A stretch of 36,094 nt of DNA from a candidate division WOR-3 bacterium (GTDB lineage: Bacteria; Hydrothermota; Tepidihabitantia; Tepidihabitantales; Tepidihabitantaceae): positions 1 through 36,094 of the forward strand of contig JBDRUH010000013.1 of the NCBI GenBank assembly GCA_039801225.1, read 5' to 3'. This document shows, piece by piece, positions 1 through 8,368 of the stretch (the stretch's first letter is position 1; each line of letters starts with the position of its first letter). The translations under genes were made by a program, and so were the position numbers. The notes under the pieces were generated by a model. The model was not told where the DNA came from, made no database searches, and saw only the letters and a program-made list of their open reading frames with translations.

Positions 1-1
1 C

Positions 2-211
2 TCCGGTCATCGGTCATCGGTCCTTTTTGACATCACCGGTCGCAAGGTGTTTGAACTTATGCCCGGTGCCAATGACATCCGCCATCTTGCCCCGGGTGTT
101 TATTTCGTCGTCCCCCGTCACCCTAACCTTCACCCTCCAGGGGCGAGGGGATTGGCCTCAGGGGTTGAGCGTCAAGAATCAACCATCCCAAAGGTGGTGA
201 TTGTTCGGTAA
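2..211 (+). CDS. 3' end of a secreted protein with T9SS-like C-terminal domain (partial, runs off window start)
   Basis: Frame 2 reads SGHRSSVLFDITGRKVFELMPGANDIRHLAPGVYFVVPRHPNLHPPGARGLASGVERQESTIPKVVIVR*; D-x-x-G-R-K, GVYF and terminal KVVI motifs; not in the ORF track. Confidence 0.85.
   Translation, partial: SGHRSSVLFDITGRKVFELMPGANDIRHLAPGVYFVVPRHPNLHPPGARGLASGVERQESTIPKVVIVR
112..151 (+). repeat. REP-like palindrome in-frame within the CTD coding region
   Basis: CCCCCGTCACCCTAACCTTCACCCTCCAGGGGCGAGGGGA; imperfect stem CCTTCACCC/GGGCGAGGG; resembles the widespread CCCTCACCCTAACCCTCTCCC-N-GGGAGAGGG element. Confidence 0.6.
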
Positions 212-227
212 GATATAAGGAGGTAAA

Positions 228-1817
228 ATGAGGAAAGTTTTTGTAACAATAGTAGTGGTGTGCTGTGTATTTGGCACACTAATAGCAGACACTTATGTAG
301 GTAGAGTTGACACAATTGGTGGAACGACCCATGACTGGCAGTTAAACGGACCAGCCGTGCGAGTGTTATGCAACTCGCCAGAGTATGGAGTTTATGCGCT
401 TTGGATGCATTCAGCAGAAGAGGCGCCTTTTAATGACCGAAATATGCGTCTTAACTTCTATTACTATCAGACGAGGAGTTGGGTATGGATTGACCCAGAT
501 TTTATGGGCTCCGGGATAAATGTTTATACTGAGCGGAGCGGATTTGGTAATTTGGCGGTGGAGCCAGGTTCAGGTGAGTGGATTGCGGTTACGCACCAAA
601 GATCTTCTGGTCAGGCGTATCACTCGGTGTTGGCGCACCAAAGCCTCGGCTTCTGTCCAGGACCAGATAGTTTTTACCAGCCCGTGGTGGCGGTTGGTAA
701 AAATGGCTGGATTCATATCGCAATGACCGACCAGTGGAGTGCAGAACGGGTTTTCTATTCCCGCTGCACCACCTGGTGTAACTGGACGGAGCCGATACTA
801 ATCGGCGAGCCGGGTGATATTAATTATAACATCACCGCCTCATTGGTAAGCGATAAGGTCGCTATTGTGTGGGTGAAGTCAATATTAGGTGGTGGAAGTA
901 TGGACTCACTTTTCTATCGCTATTCAACTAATGGTGGAACATCCTGGTCCGAACCTATCCTCCTGCTACCACCGCCAACTTTTGGCGGTGATACCGCTAC
1001 ATCCTTCTGCGAGTGGGGTCCGTTTCCCTATTATGACAAAAACGACCGGTTGCATATTGTCGTTCCGGTTATGCCGGTGGTAAATAGCAACAGGCAGACT
1101 AACCCGGCGGCAATCTGGCACTGGTGCGAGACAAATTTTCCTCAGTGGTCTTTGGTGCATCGGGCGGGTTGTGCTCGGGAAAATCTTAAGGGGTCTCCGG
1201 GGTATTATGCCACTTATGCCTGTCGTCCGAGTATTGGTGAAGGAAGCAGAGGAGTTCTCTATGTTACCTGGGAGCAGTTTGATTCGCTCAATGTTGAACC
1301 AGTGACAAACAGGTTACGGGCGGGTATCTGGCTTACCAGTAGCACCGATAATGGAGAGACCTGGCTTTCGCCATTAAGGCTCACACCGATTGACTCTGTC
1401 TCGCACCGTTTCCCCTGCATAATAGACCAGATGGTTTCGGGTGGTCCTGAGACAGATACGGTGGTTGTTCTTTATATGATTGATTCAATTGCCGGTTTTT
1501 ATGCTGTGTGGTATGAGGGACCAATGAGTCGGAATCCGATTGTTTGTCAGTGTGTGGCGCAAATGGTGGGGATTGAGGATAGCACTACACCAGCGGCTAA
1601 CAGCTCACGGGAAACAGCCACAATTGTCCGCAGCACGCTTTTTCTTAGCCCCAGGCTGTCAGCCGTCAGCCATAAGCCGGTTTTGCTCCTTGACATCTCC
1701 GGTCGCAAGGTCTTGGAACTTAAATCAGGTGCCAATGACCTCCGGCATCTTGCCCCGGGTGTATATTTCATAAAGGATGGTTCAGCAATAGAAAGAAAGG
1801 CGGTGATTACCAAGTAG
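228..1817 (+). CDS. Secreted Asp-box/BNR-containing beta-propeller-like protein with T9SS-like CTD
   Basis: SD AAGGAGG upstream; signal peptide; Asp-boxes YSTNGGTSW and SSTDNGETW; CTD LLDISGRKV...GVYFI...KAVITK. Confidence 0.75.
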   Translation: MRKVFVTIVVVCCVFGTLIADTYVGRVDTIGGTTHDWQLNGPAVRVLCNSPEYGVYALWMHSAEEAPFNDRNMRLNFYYYQTRSWVWIDPDFMGSGINVYTERSGFGNLAVEPGSGEWIAVTHQRSSGQAYHSVLAHQSLGFCPGPDSFYQPVVAVGKNGWIHIAMTDQWSAERVFYSRCTTWCNWTEPILIGEPGDINYNITASLVSDKVAIVWVKSILGGGSMDSLFYRYSTNGGTSWSEPILLLPPPTFGGDTATSFCEWGPFPYYDKNDRLHIVVPVMPVVNSNRQTNPAAIWHWCETNFPQWSLVHRAGCARENLKGSPGYYATYACRPSIGEGSRGVLYVTWEQFDSLNVEPVTNRLRAGIWLTSSTDNGETWLSPLRLTPIDSVSHRFPCIIDQMVSGGPETDTVVVLYMIDSIAGFYAVWYEGPMSRNPIVCQCVAQMVGIEDSTTPAANSSRETATIVRSTLFLSPRLSAVSHKPVLLLDISGRKVLELKSGANDLRHLAPGVYFIKDGSAIERKAVITK

Positions 1818-1830
1818 TTCTTATTTAACA

Positions 1831-1949
1831 GTAGGGCAATGCTTTAGCCTTGTTTCTTCATTGCTAGCTCCTTGTTATCGGTCATTTCTACTGAATTGTA
1901 TTACTCCCTTTTCTTCGCTCGGGGCGGGCTCTGAAGGTGAAGGAATCTC
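1831..1949 (+). repeat. Cluster of REP-like remnants in convergent intergenic region
   Basis: GTAGGGCAATGCTTTAGCCTTG (1831); GTCATTTC (1881)...GCTCGGGGCGGGCT (1917-1930)...GAAGGAATCTC (1939-1949), matching parts of the element at 13853-13916. Confidence 0.5.
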
Positions 1950-2094
1950 TGGCAATGAGGTCAATAAGGTCTCTTTTAAGCCTTTGTGGTTGATGTTATG
2001 GGCAAATGGTGATGGAACTTTTACCTAATTAATAAATGGTAATTACCGGTTATTATTGTTTAAAGGTGTAGATAGGCTTAGGCTTGGTTTTTTG

Positions 2095-2781
2095 TTATAT
2101 CTGTTCCTCGTCGTAGAATAAATTAACGAACTGGATTTCTGGGAGCCGGTTTAGTTCGGCGATGAGTTCTTGTCCGCGATTTTTGTCTTTGAGCCGGACA
2201 TAGAATGAGAGTTCAATAGTTTCGGTGTCGCCGAGGGAGCGGACATTAATTGGGGTGAGTTTTGCGCAATGCCGATTTAATATCGGTTGATAGGGAGGTT
2301 CTTTATCACCTGAGGGTTTATAATTGAGTTGAAGGAGGTAGTCGTGACGCCGAGGAGTAGCGAACCGGGACCGGGAAAGGATAAAGACAATCAGTCCGAT
2401 GAAAAGGGTGGCGATAAAGGCGATGGCGTAGAATCCGACGCCGGCAGCCATACCTATTGCTAAGGCGAAGAATACATATACGATATCTTGGGTATTCTTG
2501 ACCGCATGGCGAAACCGGACAACCGATAACGCTCCTACCAGTCCAAATGCCCGTGCTAGATTGTTGCCGATGACCATTATCATCACCGCGGTACACATTG
2601 CCAAAAGGATAAGGGTGTTGGTATAAGAGACTGAATACCCTGGGCCGCGATAGGTGCGACGATAGAGCCAGCTGATAAAAATTCCGCAGAGAAGGGCGGT
2701 GCCCACTTTGGCAATCACCATCGCTGCGGTAAGAGGTAAAAGTCGCAGTTGCTGGATAATATTTCTAATTATTTCCATCAT
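2095..2781 (-). CDS. DUF4956-like membrane protein (MgtC-like TM region plus C-terminal soluble domain)
   Basis: IGNNLARAFGLVGALSVVRFR and FFALAIGMAAG motifs; several TM helices; adjacent to a VTC-domain gene, the usual partner. Confidence 0.85.
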   Translation of the reverse strand: MMEIIRNIIQQLRLLPLTAAMVIAKVGTALLCGIFISWLYRRTYRGPGYSVSYTNTLILLAMCTAVMIMVIGNNLARAFGLVGALSVVRFRHAVKNTQDIVYVFFALAIGMAAGVGFYAIAFIATLFIGLIVFILSRSRFATPRRHDYLLQLNYKPSGDKEPPYQPILNRHCAKLTPINVRSLGDTETIELSFYVRLKDKNRGQELIAELNRLPEIQFVNLFYDEEQI

Positions 2782-2787
2782 ATCAAT

Positions 2788-3666
2788 TCACCTCTCCTTT
2801 CCCTTTTTCAATGTCGGGCAGGTCATTAGGTCTGTTTTTAAGTTTGTCAGGTTGAGGTCTTGCTCAAAATCGGCGTGACCAATACCCAGAAGGAACTTCT
2901 TCGGCATCCGGTGCGCCTCAATCCCCAAGGCATATTTGGAGACCGCCAGCCGTTGCAAGTCAAAACGGGTAAGTAGCCATTGCACCCACCGGGGTAACGC
3001 CCCATAGAACTTGACCTCAAAGACAAATTGTTCGGGCATAACAAACTTCATCCCCCGGTCAATGTAGAGTGAATCAAGTGCAGGGTAGAGCCGGCTACGC
3101 ACATTTTTGTCAATGGTGAGCCGGAGTCGGGAGTCAAACCGACTGTAGAATGCCTCTCGTTCGTAAACGATAATAGCGACGGGCAACATCTTCCGGCGGT
3201 AGTAGTGGAACATAAATCGCAATAAGGCATCATCCGGCGAACTCTCAGGAGGTAAAAGCGGTAAAGGGGTAGTTCTTATATAACTGGCGAATACATCTTT
3301 GATCTGGTGCCACTTTACCGGCGCCCGATGTTTACCGATAAAATCACCATTTTTATACTTAATTTCCAAAAAGGCCGTATTTTCCCTATCCTCCTCGTTA
3401 TAACCCCGAATTCGCAGTTTCTTTTTGAACTGAAAGCCATCAAATTTCTCATAGTAACAGTCAAAGCGCCGGTTGTCGTAATATATGCTGCGCACGGTAT
3501 ACTGGTGGTTTGGTTGTTTTTCACAAAAACTGTCCAAGCAGACATAAGGTTTCATTGCTTTCCGCATTTCATTGAGTTGCTCCACCGGCACTAAAAATTT
3601 GTATTCCAGCCGTCCTGGGGTAATTGCGAACCGGGATAAAATTAGTGCATTGGGCGAAAGCGGCAT
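2788..3666 (-). CDS. VTC domain / polyphosphate polymerase domain protein (triphosphate tunnel metalloenzyme fold)
   Basis: RLEYKF, VRSIYYDN, KLRIRGY, FLEIKYK, YEREAF, RLTID, FEVKF and SKY motifs; no signal peptide. Confidence 0.88.
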   Translation of the reverse strand: MPLSPNALILSRFAITPGRLEYKFLVPVEQLNEMRKAMKPYVCLDSFCEKQPNHQYTVRSIYYDNRRFDCYYEKFDGFQFKKKLRIRGYNEEDRENTAFLEIKYKNGDFIGKHRAPVKWHQIKDVFASYIRTTPLPLLPPESSPDDALLRFMFHYYRRKMLPVAIIVYEREAFYSRFDSRLRLTIDKNVRSRLYPALDSLYIDRGMKFVMPEQFVFEVKFYGALPRWVQWLLTRFDLQRLAVSKYALGIEAHRMPKKFLLGIGHADFEQDLNLTNLKTDLMTCPTLKKGKER

Positions 3667-3668
3667 TG

Positions 3669-5225
3669 TTAGTGGGCAATGACGGTTTTTAAATTCGTCC
3701 GGGAATTGCCCGGTGATTTGTTCTGGATAAAGTAAATGCCACCGGGAAGACCGCTAATGTCATTAGTGCCGGCATTGAGTCGCATTACTTGTTCACCTGA
3801 GGCATTGAGTAAAAACTTGTTACCCTCGGTAGTAAATAGGACTTTTTTAGCAAAAATGGTTGACCGGTTAGAAGAATGGAGCGATGTTAGTGAACTTAAC
3901 TCTTCTAAGCCCACCGCCTCATAGCGCAGAGTGGCAAAATCGGTTCCGGTGCCATTACCTTCGCTATTACCGGTGATATAGACTCGGGTATTGTCAAGGG
4001 CAATCGCTATCGCCTCATCCCGCCGGCTTGCCGGTCCGTTATAACGATATACCCATTCTTCGTTACCATTAACATCATACTTCACCGTTGCATAGTCGTT
4101 GCGGGTCCCAGAACTATTACTACTGCCGGTAACATAAACATTTCCTTCATCGTCAACCGCAATTGCTTTGGCTTCATCATACCCCGATGCTGGTCCATCA
4201 TAACGCCGAACTAAAAGTTCAGTGCCAGCACCATCATACTTCACCATAACATAGTCACAATCACTGGTTATCCCCTGACTATAACCGGTTACATAGACAT
4301 TGCCATTAGCGTCGCAGGCTATGCCATTAGCCCAGTCAATGCTGTTTGCCGGTCCGTTGTAGCGCCGCTCCCACAGGAGGTCTCCGCTCAAACTGTATTT
4401 CAGAGTCGTAATATCAATACCTGAGTTGGTGCCGGTGCTGCCTCCGGTTAAATATAAGTAGCCATCAGGGGTGAGTATCATCGCCCGGGCTTCATCCTGC
4501 TCCTGTGCCGGTCCATTATAACGGCGGGTCCACACCGTATCGCCGGTGTTGGCGTTGAGGCGAATTGTAACATAGTCCCAGGTAAGAAAGTAAGGGTGGC
4601 CGCTGTTTCCGGCGACAAAGACAGCGCCGTTGGGTACTATTGCTATGCCAACCGCATAATCCTCATCAAGGGTTACGAATTTACTGGTCCATACTAAGGT
4701 GCCATTAGAGTCGTATTTCAAAACGATGAGGTCCCAACCGGTGGTATCGCCGCTGGCATAACCGGCAACATACACATATCCGGAATCATCTACCGTTACC
4801 ACCAGACCGAAGTCATTGCCTCCGGCAGGACTGTCGTATATAGCGGTCCAGAGCGACTCGCCTTTAGTGTTATAGACCGTAGTGACAATATTGGTGAACA
4901 GGTCCGCATCAGTACTGCCACCAACAACTATAACTCTATCATCCTTTACGACAATCGCCCGCGCCTCGTCGTTACTATGAGTTGCGCCATCATACCGAAC
5001 TGTCCAGATAGATTCACCCTCCGGGCTGTATTTGATTATCACTATATCGTTGCCGTTGCCGGTCGCCCAACTCGTTCCAGTTACATAGACATAACCGGAA
5101 TCATCTATGGCAATGCCACTTACCAAATCTTCGCTGTTTGCTGGTCCGTTATAGCGCGCTACCCAGGTCTGGCTTAATGCTGGTGCAAACGAGGATAAAA
5201 CGGCTACTATGAATAAAGTTCGCAT
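3669..5225 (-). CDS. SBBP-repeat beta-propeller protein with T9SS-like CTD
   Basis: Signal peptide; about eight W-x-x-R-Y-N/D-G-P...IAxDxxGNVYVTG repeats; CTD ...GTNDISGLPGGIYFI...KTVIAH. Confidence 0.85.
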   Translation of the reverse strand: MRTLFIVAVLSSFAPALSQTWVARYNGPANSEDLVSGIAIDDSGYVYVTGTSWATGNGNDIVIIKYSPEGESIWTVRYDGATHSNDEARAIVVKDDRVIVVGGSTDADLFTNIVTTVYNTKGESLWTAIYDSPAGGNDFGLVVTVDDSGYVYVAGYASGDTTGWDLIVLKYDSNGTLVWTSKFVTLDEDYAVGIAIVPNGAVFVAGNSGHPYFLTWDYVTIRLNANTGDTVWTRRYNGPAQEQDEARAMILTPDGYLYLTGGSTGTNSGIDITTLKYSLSGDLLWERRYNGPANSIDWANGIACDANGNVYVTGYSQGITSDCDYVMVKYDGAGTELLVRRYDGPASGYDEAKAIAVDDEGNVYVTGSSNSSGTRNDYATVKYDVNGNEEWVYRYNGPASRRDEAIAIALDNTRVYITGNSEGNGTGTDFATLRYEAVGLEELSSLTSLHSSNRSTIFAKKVLFTTEGNKFLLNASGEQVMRLNAGTNDISGLPGGIYFIQNKSPGNSRTNLKTVIAH

Positions 5226-5228
5226 ATT

Positions 5229-6773
5229 TTACTCCTTTACAAGTTTTTGAACCACTACACCACACTTACCCTTTTTAGTAAGGTCTTTTATTTCTATTCG
5301 GGCAATATACACTCCTGAGGGCATATCAGGGCTCGGGATAAAGAAGGTTTCATAGGTTCCGGCATTTTTTTTCACATTATAAACAAGAGTGCTTATCAAT
5401 TTGCCGGCAACATCATAGATGGTAATGCCCACCGCACTCCGAGTGGCGAGTTGATAACGGATGGTGGTGGAATGCCGGAATGGGTTGGGAACACATTGGG
5501 TAAAAGGATATAGTGATGAAGGGCTTTCGTTTGTTTCTTTTATCTCTGATAAAAAGTCCCGTGGGTATTTCATCGCCCGACCAATCTGACCGCCGGCATT
5601 ATAGTTCCAAACCACCTGTCCGTTTGAATCAACCTCCACAAAACGTCCGGTAGTTCCAAGAATGGCAAAGGTGTTGCCATTGGGTAGACGGTAAGCACCA
5701 CCCAGATGCTGGGCATAAAAGGAGCCGGGATTTGAGTAGGACCAGGTTGGGTTACTTGGTCCGAACGCAGAATCGGAGTGGATGTAATAATGGTCATTTG
5801 AGTCTAATGGTGGGGTAATCTGAATTATCTCCGAATAGTCATTGGAATTTCCTGGTCTATCGCCGTTGTTGAGCACAATGATATCGCCGGCGCCCGGCAT
5901 TCCGGGGCGAATCCAATTGGCACCATGGACAACAAAAAAACGCTGGTCATTGGAATTTCCCCGATCATAGTTCTGCGGATTACCCCAACGGTAGATGATA
6001 TCACCGCCTTTACCGTGCCGGCCACCGGTATGACCGCGCGCCTCCTCAGTTGTTGTTGAATGGTCAATCACATAGATTTCGTGCAGGTTATGCGAGGTCA
6101 AAATAATCTCATCCCGCTCCGCATTATAGTCAATTGTGTTGCAGTGCATCCAGTCGCCACCCATAATTGAACCAAGGTTGATGTCAAGCAGTTCCGGGTG
6201 TTCACTAACCACGCCGTAGTTTGGCTTGGTGGAGTCAACATCCTGAATCAGATGGTCCCAGAAATGCCATTCCCAGACAACGCTGTCGGTTTCCGGGTCA
6301 TATTCTATTACTTCATCAGGCCAGATGTCGCTGTAAATATTCTGTCTACCCATTGCCCGCGCCTCTGCTGCAGTTTTTCTCTCCCAGGAGATAAGAAGGA
6401 TATGACCATTGGGCATAGGGCAGATGTCATGGTGCTGCTGATGGTTAGCATTTGACCAGATGAAACTCTTAATAATGTTGCCGTTCCAATCATACTGTTG
6501 AATCAGTCCGCCATAAGCGGCACCGCGCATTACCGCACCGGAATAGACATCAGTGCGCCAGATGGTGCTGTCAGGTAGAAGATATGCCATATAGGCACAG
6601 GTGTAATTTGATGACCAGGTATTAACCCGCTGACCTGCAGTGTCAATCAGATAGGTGGTCTTGCTGTTTATTGTCCCATAGAGGGTTAAGCCGTCAAACA
6701 CTTCAGCGTTTATTCCCAATGGTAGGCACAAGGCGAAAACGATTACAGTTAAGGGCGCTTTTTTATGCACCAA
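5229..6773 (-). CDS. Arylsulfotransferase (ASST)-like protein with T9SS-like CTD, copy 2
   Basis: QHHDI, WEWHFWDH, DWMHCN, IYVIDHSTT, IIYRWGNP, RLPNGNT motifs; signal peptide; CTD PNPF...IYDVAGK...SGVY; TTG start. Confidence 0.8.
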   Translation of the reverse strand: MVHKKAPLTVIVFALCLPLGINAEVFDGLTLYGTINSKTTYLIDTAGQRVNTWSSNYTCAYMAYLLPDSTIWRTDVYSGAVMRGAAYGGLIQQYDWNGNIIKSFIWSNANHQQHHDICPMPNGHILLISWERKTAAEARAMGRQNIYSDIWPDEVIEYDPETDSVVWEWHFWDHLIQDVDSTKPNYGVVSEHPELLDINLGSIMGGDWMHCNTIDYNAERDEIILTSHNLHEIYVIDHSTTTEEARGHTGGRHGKGGDIIYRWGNPQNYDRGNSNDQRFFVVHGANWIRPGMPGAGDIIVLNNGDRPGNSNDYSEIIQITPPLDSNDHYYIHSDSAFGPSNPTWSYSNPGSFYAQHLGGAYRLPNGNTFAILGTTGRFVEVDSNGQVVWNYNAGGQIGRAMKYPRDFLSEIKETNESPSSLYPFTQCVPNPFRHSTTIRYQLATRSAVGITIYDVAGKLISTLVYNVKKNAGTYETFFIPSPDMPSGVYIARIEIKDLTKKGKCGVVVQKLVKE

Positions 6774-6784
6774 TTTCCCCCTTT

Positions 6785-8356
6785 TTATTTTGTCATAATT
6801 ATCTTTCCCATTACTGGCCTATTACTTTGTTTAGGGTTGTTGACTATCAGTTGAAGAAAATAAACACCGGTTAGATTTTGTCTTTCCGGTAATGACACCT
6901 GAAATTGGTGCTCTCCGGCAGGATATTCTCCCTTTTCCGTCATTGCGAGCGGAAGCGAAGCAATCTTCCTTCCCAGCGCATCATAAATCAATAATGAGAC
7001 CTTTCCCCTAATAGGCAAATTAAACCCGATGGTAACCGGTTCGCCGGAACGGTTAATTCGTTTGTAAATTAATCGCAAATTAGGAGGCTGGGCGGTTAGT
7101 TCCTGATTTATACTGGAGAGGTAATTTCGGGGATACTTGAGTGCGCGTCCGTTCCAGGAGCTTGTCGGACATTCCCAGACAACCTGACCTTCATAAGTTA
7201 CTTCAAATAGTCGTCCGCTGACCGCCTCAGTGATAAAAGTGTTGCCGTTGGGCAGGCGGTAGGCGCCGGACATATGACCGGAGTAAAATGTCCCTGGGTT
7301 AGAGTATATCCAGGTTGGCGCAGCAGGACCAAATGCCGAGTCTGGGTGGATATAATAGTGGTCGTTGGAGTCCAGAGGTGGAGTTATTTCAATGACTTCT
7401 GAGTAGTCGTTATTATTACCAGGACGGTCGCCGTTGTTAAACACCAGGATGTTGCCCGCGCCGGGCAAACCGGGTCTGATCCAGTTAGCACCGTGGACAA
7501 CAAAAAAGCGCTGGTCGGTTGAGTCTCCTCGGTCGTAGTTCTGCGGATTGCCCCAACGGTAGATGATATCACCACCTTTACCGTGCCGGCCGCCGGTGTG
7601 CCCCTTTGCCTCCTCGGTGGTGGTGGAATGGTCAATCACATACAACTCATTGAGAAAATGTGAGCAGAAGACGATTTCATCCCGTTCTTCGTTGTAGTCA
7701 ATGATATTGGCGTGAATCCAATCACCATACATAAATAAGGTACCGAGATTTATGTCAATAAGTTCCGGGTGCTCTCTTACAACCCCATAGTTAGGTTTGG
7801 ACGGGTCAACATCCTGAATCATATGGTCCCAGACATGCCACTCCCAGACAACGCTGTCGGTTTCCGGGTCATACTCAATAATCTCCTCTGCCCACATATC
7901 ACCATTGATATTTACCCGTCCCATCGCCTGTGCCTCAGTTTGGGTCTTACGGTCCCAAGAAAGAAGGAGAATATGACCGTTGGGCATCGGATGAATGTCG
8001 TGATGCTGCTGGTGATTTGAGTCGGACCAGACGAAACTTTTGATGATGTTGCCATACCAGTCGTAGTGCTGAATCAAGCCGCCATAAACCCCACCCCGCA
8101 TTACCGCCCCAGAGTAAACATCCGGACGCCAGATGGAACTGTCGGGCATCAAGTAAACCACATAGGCTGGAGTTGTGGCGAAATTCCAGGAATGGACAAC
8201 CTGACGGTTGGTGTCAATAAGCGATGCGGTCCGACTGAACACCGGGTTGGAAATGATTAGCCCGTCAAATACCTCCGCAGACGCGTTGGTGGGTAAAGAA
8301 GTCAATCCGAGAATTAAAGCCGGGGCAAACTTTAAAAGGTAATTCTTAAATAGCAA
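6785..8356 (-). CDS. Arylsulfotransferase (ASST)-like protein with T9SS-like CTD, copy 1
   Basis: Same motifs as copy 2 (QHHDI, DWIHAN, YRWGNP, RLPNGNTFITE); CTD IYDALGRKI...GVYF...KIIMTK; TTG start after AAAGGAG. Confidence 0.8.
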   Translation of the reverse strand: MLFKNYLLKFAPALILGLTSLPTNASAEVFDGLIISNPVFSRTASLIDTNRQVVHSWNFATTPAYVVYLMPDSSIWRPDVYSGAVMRGGVYGGLIQHYDWYGNIIKSFVWSDSNHQQHHDIHPMPNGHILLLSWDRKTQTEAQAMGRVNINGDMWAEEIIEYDPETDSVVWEWHVWDHMIQDVDPSKPNYGVVREHPELIDINLGTLFMYGDWIHANIIDYNEERDEIVFCSHFLNELYVIDHSTTTEEAKGHTGGRHGKGGDIIYRWGNPQNYDRGDSTDQRFFVVHGANWIRPGLPGAGNILVFNNGDRPGNNNDYSEVIEITPPLDSNDHYYIHPDSAFGPAAPTWIYSNPGTFYSGHMSGAYRLPNGNTFITEAVSGRLFEVTYEGQVVWECPTSSWNGRALKYPRNYLSSINQELTAQPPNLRLIYKRINRSGEPVTIGFNLPIRGKVSLLIYDALGRKIASLPLAMTEKGEYPAGEHQFQVSLPERQNLTGVYFLQLIVNNPKQSNRPVMGKIIMTK

Positions 8357-8368
8357 AACTTTCTCCTT

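Noticed and set aside
27..1769. Two 80-nt near-repeats as a possible DGR template/variable pair
   Set aside because: Both lie in coding CTDs, mismatches are not confined to adenines of one copy, and no reverse transcriptase is in the window.
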